A DNA stretch of 64,000 bases from Microthyrium microscopicum (taxonomy: Eukaryota), in NCBI GenBank assembly GCA_010405405.1, contig MU004230.1, positions 1,894,627 through 1,958,626 on the forward strand. The letters are read 5' to 3'. The notes under the pieces were generated by a model, which did no database searches, was not told the DNA's origin, and saw only the letters and a program-made list of their open reading frames with translations. Positions 52,605 to 64,000 of the stretch are shown in pieces. Every line of letters starts with the position of its first letter. Within the stretch, counting starts at the first letter, position 1. The translations under genes were made by a program, and so were the position numbers.

Positions 52605-54738
52605 TAGATTTTAGATATATAACTAGGAGGGATAATAGTAATAATAATATTATTATCCTTATAAATTTACTTTATAGAGGCTATTTTATAAGTAGAGAAG
52701 GCGTCTATAATAAGAATAGAAAGGTTAGAAGTAGGTATTATAGATGTAGTAAATATTAAAGAGATATAAGATATTAAAGATATTATAGTAGGGCTAGAAT
52801 TTAGTAGAGATATTATTAAATTAAGCTCTAGATCTTATAGTTAGTATTAAAATATTTCTATTTTAGAAAGGTACGAGAAAAGAATTACTTAAGATAGAAG
52901 GCTACGAAATATCTTTAAAGCTATTAGGACCGTTAGGACTTTTAGAATACTCCTCTAGGGCTATATCTATTCCTTTTAAATATACTTCTTTTAACTACTA
53001 CTATATTAATTTATTATTATTCTACACTATCTTATTATACTTTATATAAATGCTATTATAGTAGTATAAGCCCTCTATCTTATTAATACGATCTTTCTTC
53101 TTATTCTTAGTTCTATAGAATATAATTAGTAGTAGAATTTAAAGGATGCTATTAGTAGTAATAGCTAGAATTATTATTATCTAACGCTTCTTATCTTTAT
53201 CTTTATAAGTATAAATAGTAATAGTCCTAAAGCCTATATCTACTAAAGTATAATTGCTAAAGTTATAAAAAGGCATTAGTGTCTTATCTATATTAATTAT
53301 TTAATAGGGCTATATTATTATATCTAGTTCCTTATCTAAGATAGTATTAATATTCCTTCTTTTACTACTAGTGGGTCTAATAGCTTTATAGGTAGTAAGC
53401 TTTATATAAGTAATAAATTCCTAGTATTATTCTACCTATAATTTTAGTAATTCCTAAGTAACGTAAGTAGCCTTCCTTTAACTAATCCTCTAGTAGAATA
53501 GGAATCTTTAAAGCTAGCCCTTAGATAATTTGCGTTCCTTTAGAAACTTACTATAAGTAATCTTAGCAGTATAAATATATTATTATATATTATTTATATA
53601 ATAAAGCAATTAATAAGTACTAACGAACTTTTTCTCTTCTCTTTACTTGTAATACTAGATATAAATAGTATCTTTAAGTTTAAGATAGTGCTTAGAACGC
53701 TTTAAAGGGTCTATAATTCTATAAGCTTAATTCTTAGTAACTTATAAAGCTACTTGCTAATTCTACTATCTTAATATTATTAAATAAGATTTAGCGTAAT
53801 ATTTAGTAGCTTTAGAATATAAAGTAGGTCGTTACTAACGATAGGTATTAGGATATTTACCTTACTTTATGCTATTAGGTAGTTAATAACGCTTTTTACT
53901 CTATTTGAGTATAATACGCTATTATATTATCTACCCTATAACCTTTAGATAGTGTTCTATAGAAGAATAATTCTAAGACTTTATTTTAGCCTATTTAGTA
54001 CGCTGCTTTCTAAGGAGGAGTTCTTTATGCTTCTTAGTATGTAATTTAGCTCTAGAAGGTCTAGTGAAGCTTAATTTTGCGACATTTAGGTCTAGTTTAG
54101 TAAAAGGCTAACGGTTTTGTTATGCTTCTTTAAGCACCTATAGCATAGTGATGGTTAAATTCCTAGTATTTAATTAGTTTAGAGTTAAAAGAATTGAATT
54201 TTAAGGATTTTGATTGGTATGAAGAACGACATAGAATTCTACTGCAAAATCTATATGTAAACGTCTCTCTACAGCTTCAGCCTGATTGTAAAATTAACCC
54301 CTACCATCAAAACAACAACATTCTGCTTAAATCGGTTTAGATTAGCTTCAAAAACGATAAAATGGCTTGCTTAGTGATGACATCTAGACATAGCATAGGC
54401 ATTAAAAACGGATACCACCTAATTTACTAGCCTTACATTTTCAACGCCCCTTACAACGCCACCCTCCCTCACGGCATATTACTAGCTTTACGTTGCTCAA
54501 TTCACTGATTTCCTACGGTAGCTCTGTAGGATCAAGATCTATCAGCTCTGAGCAACCACGAAGCTAGGGCCAGTTTTGGGTCAACCCGACTCTACTCCTC
54601 TCACCACTGCGGCACAGCCTTGATGACATTGCACTTCTCCCACAACACTGAACTTTCCGCACACTGTCTTTATGCTTGCACCATCCTCTCCCATCAATCT
54701 TTGCATTGCGTTCCCTCCGATTCCGCGTCCGACCCGCC

Positions 54739-56315
54739 ATGCAAAAGCTGCAGCGCAAAGCTGGCCTTCTTCTCCATCGCTCGGCCGATGACGCACAGGT
54801 TAGCCTGCTGTTGAAGGACTTTGAAGATGGTGACAAGATTTTGAAGAGTGTAAGTCATGCCCCTACGCTACATATGTCAGGTTCCATGAGAGTGTGTCTA
54901 ATAGCGATGGTGGGGTACAGATCATCGAGTCGGTCAAGGCATTCCGAATAGCGTGGACGGAACTACTTCAGCACGCCAGTGGCATGGCCACAGACTTTGA
55001 TGATCTTTATCAATATATCCATGGCGATCCCGATACCAACCGTCGATATCACGCGGCGACTCGCGACCAATTGGCCAAAGCAAAGGCATTCAAGGAGTGC
55101 TTAGCTAGTTGTCGCGATGTCATAATACAGGAGCTGGCTGATGTGGAGAGACGCGTGGGAGGTCCTGCTAAGGAGACTCGGAAACATATTGACGCGTTCC
55201 GGAAAATAATCAAGAGGCGAGAGGACCGGAAGGTGAGACGTTAATGGGCATGTCCGTTAAGACAGTAGCTGACATTTGGTATAGTTGGACTTTGAACGCT
55301 ACAAGAGCCGTACTGTGGCATTGGAGCAGAAGAGTACCAGATCTGAGCGCGACAATAATGCTCTTTTGAAGCATCAAATAGATCTTGATGTTTCTGAAAA
55401 GGTATGTCTGGATATCCGAGGCCATGGCTCAAGCTAACATGAGTTGCTTCATAGGGATACGAAGTAGCGGACGATCACCTGAAGCAGTCATTGCCTGGCC
55501 TTACGAAAGCCATCATGGCTCTTATTCCACAACTTGTCAATTCCCAATGTATGATCCAAAACACACTCTTGGGCCATTATTATACCGCGCTGCATGGCTT
55601 TTGTCAGCAATACGGCTACGCCATCCCATCATCTGAATGGACCCAAGTCCAAACCGAATTCGACGACGTCTTCCCAAGAGTCAAACGAGACACGGAGACT
55701 ATCGGCTCCATCGCGAAAGGCAAAGCTATCACCCAGCCATTCGCTACACGACCTGACAGTCTGCAAACTCGCACTGTCACACACAAGAACGGCATCGGCA
55801 GCCGATCCTCCAGCAATGGTGCTCTTCCAGCTCCTATCCCAGCAGCCGACTCGATGCCTCCCCCCGCTTACGATATGTCTCTGAAGCCAACTCGTACCAT
55901 CTCCAATAATTCATACTCACGACCTACCCCTTCACCTTCCGTGGCCTCTTTTCAGACATCGTCAGAATACTATAACAACGCCCCCAGCGTCGCCGGTTCC
56001 CAACGGACGCCTCTCAGCCCACGGATGCAGTCCGGTGGTCTACGTCCGGCAGTCTCGTCAACCAGCCTAGCCTCATCCGTAGCCGCAAAGAAGAAGCCCC
56101 CTCCACCACCACCAAAGCGCAAGCCTTCTGGCCTGCAGCAAGAATATGTGGTGGCCCAATATGATTTTGCGGGCGGTGAAGCTGGAGACTTACCATTCAG
56201 GGAGGGTGATCGAATTCGCATCGTGAAGAAGACTGGGAGTATAAATGATTGGTGGGAGGGCGAATGTGGAGGCAGGACGGGCAGCTTTCCGGCAAATTAT
56301 TGCAAGCCGATGTGA
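54739..56315 (+). CDS. BAR-domain + C-terminal SH3 protein (amphiphysin/Rvs167-like family), 466 aa
   Basis: Exons 54739-54849, 54921-55232, 55285-55401, 55455-56315 splice in frame. Helical BAR region (IKRREDRKLDFERY), KKKPPPPPPK motif and SH3 VVAQYDF..GDLPFREGDRI..WWEG..GSFPANY. Confidence 0.88.
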
Positions 56316-57259
56316 GATGTGAGACGTGAGATTTATGGAGTTATGAGTTCTATGAGCGTATTGGCAAGTCTGGATAGGACATTGTTCTTTATTACTGATA
56401 ATATATCATGCAATCTTTGGGGGTCTCCCAAATCTTAACATCTTGACGAGAGATTGTTAGTGAATCAGCGAATGTGAATATTGTAAGCAGCGAAAGATAT
56501 TGAGCCTCTTTAATCGAAGCTACATACTGGCATAGGACTGCAGAATTTCAGGGGGTTCTAAGGTTCTTTGTTGTTTTGCGTTGTTGAACAACACCAGACT
56601 GCTCTGGACTTTAGTAGCTCTCCTACCTGTTAGAATAAGAAGTGGGCCGAGCACCAGATCCAGCAGATACTGGACTTTCAGTGTGCCAGGATAATTAAGA
56701 TTTGGAAACTACTTGAAGTAAATTACGGATACTAGTAGTATAAGGCTGAAAATAAAATAAAATGGTAGAAAAGTTGGCAGGCATAAGAGTGGTGGACGAG
56801 TACCCCTGATGACGCTTGGGAACGCTTGTGCTTTTGATCGTGGCCCAATATTACCTACTGAGCCTCACCTGCAACCTTGGAATCTGACAGCTACCTGATC
56901 TTGTCTGACAATTTCTTCCTGCTTCTGAGACCATGTTGCCTTTCTCTTTCTGTCTTACAAACCACTGATTTCTTCCGCTGTAACTTTTTGCTTTGATCAC
57001 CTCACTTTCCGCCTACTGTTGTTCCGCCAGCCTGCCGCAACTTCACGAGCCAACCGGCAGATCCGTCATTCATCAGCATCGAATTGGTACATTACAACTG
57101 GTGCTGCCTTCCTTCCTCCTAGATCTTCCGAGCACGTGTACCCTATCGGCCGGATATGATATCACAATACTAAGATACAAAGATCTTTGTTCCCGCGCCA
57201 ATTCCTGATACCTTCAACCTCCGCGCCACTTTGCGCATTTGCGTACTCTAGCTGTAAAC

Positions 57260-60200
57260 ATGGTTGGCATGGAAAAGATTGAGGTTTTGAGCAAGGTATG
57301 GCGACCAGAAACTTTCTTGGATCGGATATAACCCTTCGGCTTTGTACACGGCTAACGACAGCTTCCATAGTCATACCTCGTTCGTTGGATACAAGTCAAC
57401 GCTGGCAATACCATTTCCTGGAGCTTGCAGCCCAATAAAAAATCTCTCAATTTTGGTATATTTAAGCATCCTGGTGGAGCTGCTGCGTCCGGACTACCAA
57501 GTCCACCTTTATTTCCTACCGAGACGTCCCTTGAAACCCCACATTTAGACGACAAAGACAAGAAGAGCAAGAACTCCAAGATTGACAATGGCACTTCGGT
57601 CGTGGAGAAGCTCGAAAAGCTGGGGATGAAATGCGTGTCATGGATGGGCAAATGCGAAGCAGACAAGGTGTCTGTCGGCAAATTTGACGTGATGGATGGC
57701 GAAGAAGGCATGTATGGACTGGTTTTTGACAATACCTTTTCCAAACAATTGTCAAAAACAGCGACCTTCGTCCTCATGACTTACCCGACAAGTGCGCCTC
57801 CAACTTCTGGACACCATTTACACTTCTCTCAAGCCACTGGAAAGGCGAGCTCTACCAGCCTCCCGCGAGCGGGCATCAGTCCAGCTTTAGGTCCTGCAGG
57901 CGTATCATCCGATTCACTACCACATAGCTTGAAAAGTGTTGCGGCGGATCCTAGACCTCGATCCAGACATCCCGTGGAAGCTAAAAGCTTTGGAGGGTCG
58001 ACTTTTTATACTGGTGTGCTCCATAAACAGCGAAGAAAGCACAATAGTTACGCTAAGCGCTTCTTCTCGCTTGACTTTACGACTGGAACTTTGTCTTATT
58101 ACAGAAACCGCGGCTCTTCTGCTTTGCGAGGCGCAATTCCCTTGTCTCTGGCCGCAGTGGGACTGAATGAGCAGACACGAGAGATATCCGTGGATTCAGG
58201 TGCCGAAGTTTGGCATCTTAAAGTTGGGAATCACAAGGATTTCGCTGGCTGGAAAGATGCTTTGGAACGTGCTGCATACACTGCGACCCCTACCCCGGCT
58301 GAATCAACAAACAATGGCCAAACATCTGCAACTGCCCCGGCGAATTTGGTACAGGACGAGCAGGAATGGAGGAGAGCAGCAAACCTCGTTGGACGGGTCT
58401 CTGGTATACGTGATGCGGTGAGGCGACTAGCCAAGGACACTGATCCGAAATACCTGCCATCGCCTGGTTTTCATCATCGCGATAACAGTCCGGCTCGGAG
58501 TGCCTCGGGCGCCTCCTTTGATCATTCGTTGTCGAACGAAGAAGATCAAATTGAGAAGAAATCATTCTGGAAGCGAAAGACTAGTAACAATTCGGCTTCC
58601 GGACTCTTCAAAAGAACCACTTCATCCCAAAATATCCCAACCAATACAAGCGCTCCAAGTCCAGTTCCCAACGGAAAATTTGCCATTGCGAAAAGGGCCA
58701 ATATTCACTCTGATCCTGATGAAGGGATACACCAAAACTGCATGGACATACTGAAAGACTTGGATCAAGTAGTGCAAAACTTTTCTGATCTCATCACGGA
58801 ATCAAGGCACCGACGAAGACCAATTGTAGACTTGAGACGACAAAGTACAGTATCTGTAGAGTCAACTACCGAGGAGTTCTATGATGCAGAAGATGGAGCC
58901 GGCTCTCATTCTCAGCTTCTTGAAATTCGTCGAGATAGTCGAGATCTTGGTGAACAAGACTCCTTCTCTGATGCTGCCTCCGACTCTAGCGGGGACTTTG
59001 ATGAGATCGCAAGCTACAAACGTCGTCGAACCACCACAGACGAAGACAAAGCTCTATTCCCAAGCAAAGCCAAATCTCTAAGTCCCCTACCAGTCGATAA
59101 AGCCAAGCGTAGAACCACTGTCGAAGCACCAAAACAAGCGCCCCCATCCCTCATATCCTTCCTACGCAAAAACGTCGGAAAAGACCTTTCAACGATCGCC
59201 ATGCCCGTTTCGGCCAACGAACCAACTTCTCTCCTCCAACGCATCGCAGAACAACTTGAATACTCATCACTCCTTGACGCCGCAGCCGCCGAGTCTGACT
59301 CATCAATGCGCCTACTCTACATGGCTGCTTTTGCCATCTCCTCTTTCTCCGTAATTCGTGTCAAAGAGCGTGTTCTTCGTAAGCCCTTTACACCAATGCT
59401 TGGCGAGACCTTTGAGCTTGTCCGTGAAGATCGGGGCTTCCGTCTTCTTACCGAGAAAATCTCACATCGACCGCTGCGTATGGCCATACAAGCGGAGGCA
59501 GCGGAATGGACATTCTTACAAGTGCCGGAGCCAGTGCAGAAGTTCTGGGGCAAGAGTGCAGAACTCAATACGAATGGACGGGCTCGTGTGTTTTTGCATA
59601 ATACATCAGAGGCTTTTTCTTATACCAGTGCTACTAGCTTTCTGCGCAACATGATCGCTGGTGAGAAGTATGTGGAGCCCGTTAGCTCCATGACCATCGT
59701 CAACGAAGGCACTGGCGCGAAAGCGGTAGTCCAATTCAAGGCGGGCGGCATGTTTGCCGGGCGCAGTGAAGAGGTCAGTGTGCAGTTGGTGGACGCAAAT
59801 GGATCTACGCTCCCACTGGGTGCTGCCGGCAAATGGACTAGCCATCTCCAAATTACCAACAACGGCCACGACAGTGGCACCCAACTATGGGCCGTTGGTC
59901 CACTAGTCGATGATGCAAGTCGACGCTACGGTTTCACGCAATTCGCGGCACAACTCAACGAGATCACCGCCATTGAAGCTGATCATATACCAGCCAGTGA
60001 CAGCCGCCTGCGCCCTGACCAACGTGCTGTAGAAGTGGGCGATATGGATCGCGCAGAAGCACTAAAAGCCAAGTTGGAGGAGCGGCAGCGCGGGCGGAGA
60101 CGAGTGCAGGAGGAGCATGGCGAAGAGTATGCCCCGCGCTGGTTCTTCAATGCGGGTAGTGATGGCGAGGAGGAAGTTTGGCGGTTGAAGACGGGTAAGG

Positions 60201-60265
60201 ATGGGTATTGGGAGGAGCGTGCGACAGGCCAGTGGACAGGAGTGGTGGATGTTATGGAGACGTGA
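57260..60265 (+). CDS. OSH3: Oxysterol-binding protein homolog with GOLD, PH and ORD domains, 976 aa
   Basis: Exons 57260-57295 and 57371-60265. GOLD (SYLVRW..KKSLNFGIFKHP..LVFDNTFSK), PH (GVLHKQRRK..YAKRFFSL..LRGAIPL), FFAT-like EEFYDAED, ORD signature KPFTPMLGETFE and EKISHRP. Confidence 0.92.
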
Positions 60266-60922
60266 GCGCTGATGTTAGGAGGCGTGGGAGATGTGTTGAT
60301 GGTTATACCCTTTGGTTATGGTTAGCTTGGTAGATGTTGCTATGAATGATGATTTGGAAGAATTGAAGAGTTCTGCTTTGCTTCGTCGGTGTCTTGTTTC
60401 CTATGGGAGAAGTCCCATATCCCATTATTCAGGGTATAGGTGCCACATCTGTCTTAAAAACGCGAGGAAGAGCAGACGCTTATCTACCTAACGACCCTGC
60501 TTCTCAAGCACTGCTCTATCATGCGTTTTTTATGAATGCTATCGTTGATAAAAAACCGACGGATCACTAAGCATGTTATACACGTTGTTTGCATGATGTG
60601 CCAATAGCCTTTCTATTCTAGATCTATACAACCAGGCTCATAAAGGTAGTGAAAGCAATGGGGATAAAACTACAAAACAATGAAGTACCAATACAGTAAT
60701 ACAGACTCAACAAATCCACTTTCCAAAACAACAGGCGTCCGTTCTCTCGTCCATGACATCCAACTTGACGGAGCTTCTAATTCAACCAACTCACTCCGCT
60801 TAATAACTCCACAACCATCACTCGAACTTCTTGCCTTCCAAAGACACAAATCAAAAGAGGACTTCGGATCTAACTTTCAGGAGCGATTCCCATGTCTTTG
60901 ACAAGGTGACTTTTGACAGGTT

Positions 60923-63286
60923 TCAATCCTCCCCTTCAGGCGTTCTTCGGTTTCGATTCATGTCTTTGGAACTGTTACGAACCGGTGGTGCCTCCTCCTC
61001 TTCAGCATCCTCCTCTGCCTGGTCGACAGCCAATTGTCCTTCTTCAATCGAGGAATCAGTCTTCTCAGCGGCCTTTGAATCCTGAGCGGCCTTTGCTTCG
61101 TCGGCGGCCTTTTTCTTCTTATCGGCAGAAAACTTCTTTTGTTTAGCGATGGAGATCGCAGCGTTCTGTTTCCAAAGATAATTCTCCTGGTATATCTCGT
61201 TGAGATATTTCTGAGTTGGAATCTCAAAGGAGCTGTTGCCAGTTTCGTGATTGATAGGACCCACGCTGAGATCTAATTCCCCCATGAGAAGGCTTTGGAT
61301 GTCCTTCATCTTTTTCACTGAAGGCTTAGTACCATCGACGCCCCGTGGTATGCTGTCAGGATTGTCGATCCAAGAATCGAATTGTTCGAGTGCCTTCCTG
61401 ACCTCACGAGTCCCATTGCTTTCACTTCCATCCCACTTTGTGGTATCAAGGCAAGTCTGGGGCTCTATGGAATTGGCAAGTTGTGATTTGAACTTCTTGT
61501 GCTTTGGTTGCCATTTGGGAGGATAATTCGACCAGAGGTGCGAAACCGGAGCCGAAATGACCTTCTTAATGGGCTTTGTCCCATAATATTGGTCTGCGGT
61601 GTCCTTTTCGTCCGACTTAGTTCGACGGAGGGGTTTGAAGCCAACTACGCGTTCACGAATATTGGAATTGTCGCTGAATAAGAGTCGGTCAGCTGACTTG
61701 AGTTGTTTATACTGAAAGTCGGTGATGTGGTGGTCCTGCCAGTATTTATCTTTCGCGTAATAGCCGACATCTGGTGGTGCCCGTTCCACATGGGTAGCTT
61801 GATAAACAAAGGCGCTATGTTCTGCACTGCTTTGCTGTGGTCGCTGTGGGACAGGCGGTTGTTCCCCTTCTTGGAGTCCCTCGGATCTGGGTACCGCCTG
61901 GTCACTACGAATTCTATTCGCGACACTAGACGTGGGATATGGGCTGGACGCAAAGCCAGAAGAAGGAGCGGTGACAAGGCCGGATTGTCGGGAATGTTGC
62001 AGAAGGTTTGCTACTGACATATTGTGCTGCACACGAGCTATATCTGCAGGGTTAGACGGAAAGCTCGAGCCAGACGCGGTATTAGAGCCAGAAGCAGAGC
62101 CAGAAGCAAAACCAGGAGCAGAGCCAGGGAGAGAGCTGGAGCTGGAGCGAGAAGCCGAGTTGGATGCTGGACGAGACGAAGCGCTGGGTCCTGGGCCAGG
62201 TGCGGAGCCAGACGCAACTGGTGGTCGCGTGCTATCCTTTCTCTTGATAACTCTTGCGCGTTTAGCACGAGAGTCGTCTTCTCCCTCATCATTGACTTCT
62301 GGTGACTGTCGCTTTCGTGACTTTGGGGCTGGTTTTCGCTGTGTCCGCACTGAACGTCCCTCCTCTTCCACCGAGGCATCCACGCTTGTTGATATTCTTG
62401 ATCGTTTTTTGGCATGTAGCTCTTCCTTTGAATTTCGCTTTCGATTCATGGTAACATTGTGTGTGCGTTTTCTCGCTTTTCGAAGATTCTCAGAGGATTC
62501 AGACGAGGAAGCAGAGGAAGGAGTGCCATGATGATGGTGAGCCTGGTCCTCAGCGGCCTCAGTCTCATCGTTATCGTGTATATCTTCGTCTTCGAGCTCA
62601 TCTTCGTAGGTATGATTTGCTGCGGGACGTGCATGTACGACAGGAGCCCGAGGAGCCATTACAAGTGGTGCAATGGGTGCTTGCGCAGTTACTGGAGCAT
62701 TAATCGGAACAAAACGAGCATCAGTAGCTGAATTCTGAATATCTGGGGCTGGAGCAGGTAGGGAAGCAGTGGCAGCAGGACGAGCAGGCGCGGCGGCAGC
62801 AACAGCCGATGTAGGAGCAGTGTTGACAGGACCAGGAGTGACTGCAGGCCCAGCAACAGGAGGAGCTCCAGGGTTACGGGGAGGCACAAAGCCAGGAGGC
62901 CATTTGTCATGGCGTGTTTGAAAGTGAGGAAGCAAGCCATTTCCAACATTTCTAAGGTTGTAACTGGAAGCTGGGACTGTGGGATTCGCTTGCAACCAGT
63001 TCGCAAATGTCGACGTCAAACTACTGCGGTAATGCGCGAAAGTCCAACCCACTGGGAGTCGTGGAAACGGCTTTGTGTCTTGTTGTCCTCGCTCGCCAAG
63101 CTCGCCTTGCAGACGATTTATTTTGGTGTTGACTGTTGTGTATGGGAGTGTTTTGCTCCCAGGACGGACAACAGTGAGTCGACCTAGGTATCGAGCGATA
63201 TCTTGATGGATAATACCATTGTGCCTAAGCTCTAATGCGATGGCTTCTTCATACGGTGTCCATGGGCGAGGTCGAGTAGGCTCCAT
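60923..63286 (-). CDS. Hypothetical low-complexity protein (787 aa) with a possible N-terminal Myb/HTH-like motif
   Basis: Long uninterrupted ORF. RPWTPYEEAIALELRHNG..QDIARYLGR at the N-terminus, followed by Pro/Ala-rich, acidic, basic (NLS-like) and Ser/Gly-rich tracts. Confidence 0.65.
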   Translation of the reverse strand: MEPTRPRPWTPYEEAIALELRHNGIIHQDIARYLGRLTVVRPGSKTLPYTTVNTKINRLQGELGERGQQDTKPFPRLPVGWTFAHYRSSLTSTFANWLQANPTVPASSYNLRNVGNGLLPHFQTRHDKWPPGFVPPRNPGAPPVAGPAVTPGPVNTAPTSAVAAAAPARPAATASLPAPAPDIQNSATDARFVPINAPVTAQAPIAPLVMAPRAPVVHARPAANHTYEDELEDEDIHDNDETEAAEDQAHHHHGTPSSASSSESSENLRKARKRTHNVTMNRKRNSKEELHAKKRSRISTSVDASVEEEGRSVRTQRKPAPKSRKRQSPEVNDEGEDDSRAKRARVIKRKDSTRPPVASGSAPGPGPSASSRPASNSASRSSSSSLPGSAPGFASGSASGSNTASGSSFPSNPADIARVQHNMSVANLLQHSRQSGLVTAPSSGFASSPYPTSSVANRIRSDQAVPRSEGLQEGEQPPVPQRPQQSSAEHSAFVYQATHVERAPPDVGYYAKDKYWQDHHITDFQYKQLKSADRLLFSDNSNIRERVVGFKPLRRTKSDEKDTADQYYGTKPIKKVISAPVSHLWSNYPPKWQPKHKKFKSQLANSIEPQTCLDTTKWDGSESNGTREVRKALEQFDSWIDNPDSIPRGVDGTKPSVKKMKDIQSLLMGELDLSVGPINHETGNSSFEIPTQKYLNEIYQENYLWKQNAAISIAKQKKFSADKKKKAADEAKAAQDSKAAEKTDSSIEEGQLAVDQAEEDAEEEEAPPVRNSSKDMNRNRRTPEGED

Positions 63287-64000
63287 TTTGAAGTAAACTG
63301 ATGTTTGTATAGAAAGAGAGGTGAGTGGTGTTAAAGATGGAAGAAGAAGAAGCGATTGTAATCAGCCAAATCAACTATCTGTGCAGGAGATGATGATTGC
63401 GAACAAGCTATTATGTTAGCGCAAGAAAGACGAAAGGGAGGAGGCGGTTACCGGCAGTCAAGAGATGTGCATGTTGCGAATCTGCTTTTGTGCCGAAAGA
63501 ATAGTGGTGAGCGATCAAGAAGAATGGACTCTTAGTTGATGGTAAAGCCGCAGATTTTTGCGTTGGAGGAGGGTGCAGATATGAATGAAGATAGTGTTGC
63601 AGAGTGATGGAATGGTGGATGATGGAGGTATGGTTATATATTGAGGAGATTGTTGTAAAGGAGCAGGTCGACAGCAGTTAGTGCTAACCCAAAGACCCAC
63701 CGTTGTACCGAGTTCGAGGTGTTATGAACGCTTCAGGTGCTTTAAGTGAACGGAAAGCACGAGTCGATCTCGTTAAGGTGGTGGTTGTACCGTGGTGGCT
63801 CCACAGTATGCTTTTCAGGTTGATCTAGAGAATCTCTTGAGGTAGGGACATGCCAGGCCGGTGGAAAGTGCATTAAAGCTTGCGAAATTATTCGTTATTC
63901 TTTCCAGTGTTATAGGTGACGACGACATTGTTTTGTAAAGTACTTTGAAGACTTTACGTAGTAGTCTTGAGCGGAGTCGGAAAGTAGCCCAATCTTTGGT

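Larger units (their letters stand above)
45922..54518 (-). mobile_element. Tc1/mariner-superfamily pogo/Tc2-like DNA transposon (RIP-inactivated), interrupted by a Copia element
   Basis: Perfect 29-bp TIRs CCGTAGGAAATCAGTGAATTGAGCAACGT at 45922-45950 and 54490-54518, with TA TSDs. Minus-strand relic LSKG*L*RF..RKATYVT*EL (CENP-B/Tc5 HTH), IINIDKTLMPF (MDETP), KR*IIIILAITTNS, and IIPPSYISKI*|LLNISINKLFK (IPPGCT..QPLD..NKPFK) across the insertion. Confidence 0.9.

Noticed and set aside
1..64000. tRNA, rRNA or CRISPR loci
   Set aside because: None recognised by eye. A tRNAscan-SE/Infernal run would be needed to exclude small RNA genes.

Overview
Genomic window from a filamentous ascomycete (Pezizomycotina): genes have GT-AG introns with CTRAY branch points, and repeats show RIP-type C>T/G>A damage. 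The class cannot be fixed from the sequence alone. GC-balanced blocks carry 13 protein-coding genes: an FTS/AKTIP-like E2 variant, a vWA-like protein, a DUF3433-type membrane protein, an ankyrin protein, Dsc2-like, an enlarged mitoribosomal mS35/Rsm24, ALG13, a CBM21 PP1-targeting subunit, BolA3, Acinus-like, BAR-SH3, OSH3 and an orphan. Two AT-rich RIP islands are each an LTR retrotransposon nested in a DNA transposon: Gypsy in piggyBac (30.4-41.1 kb) and Copia in a pogo/Tc2-like element (45.9-54.5 kb). There is also a 984-bp foldback element with a 9-bp TSD and a 213-bp MITE with a 5-bp TSD. The most striking observation is in the otherwise intact 5-exon gene at 1424-4511. It has one in-frame UAG (2662-2664), and that UAG sits in a 7-nt hairpin loop with its A at the position of tRNA A34. 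This is the geometry expected for Tad2/Tad3-type A-to-I editing that restores UGG (Trp). All gene models and structures were derived by hand; no searches were run.
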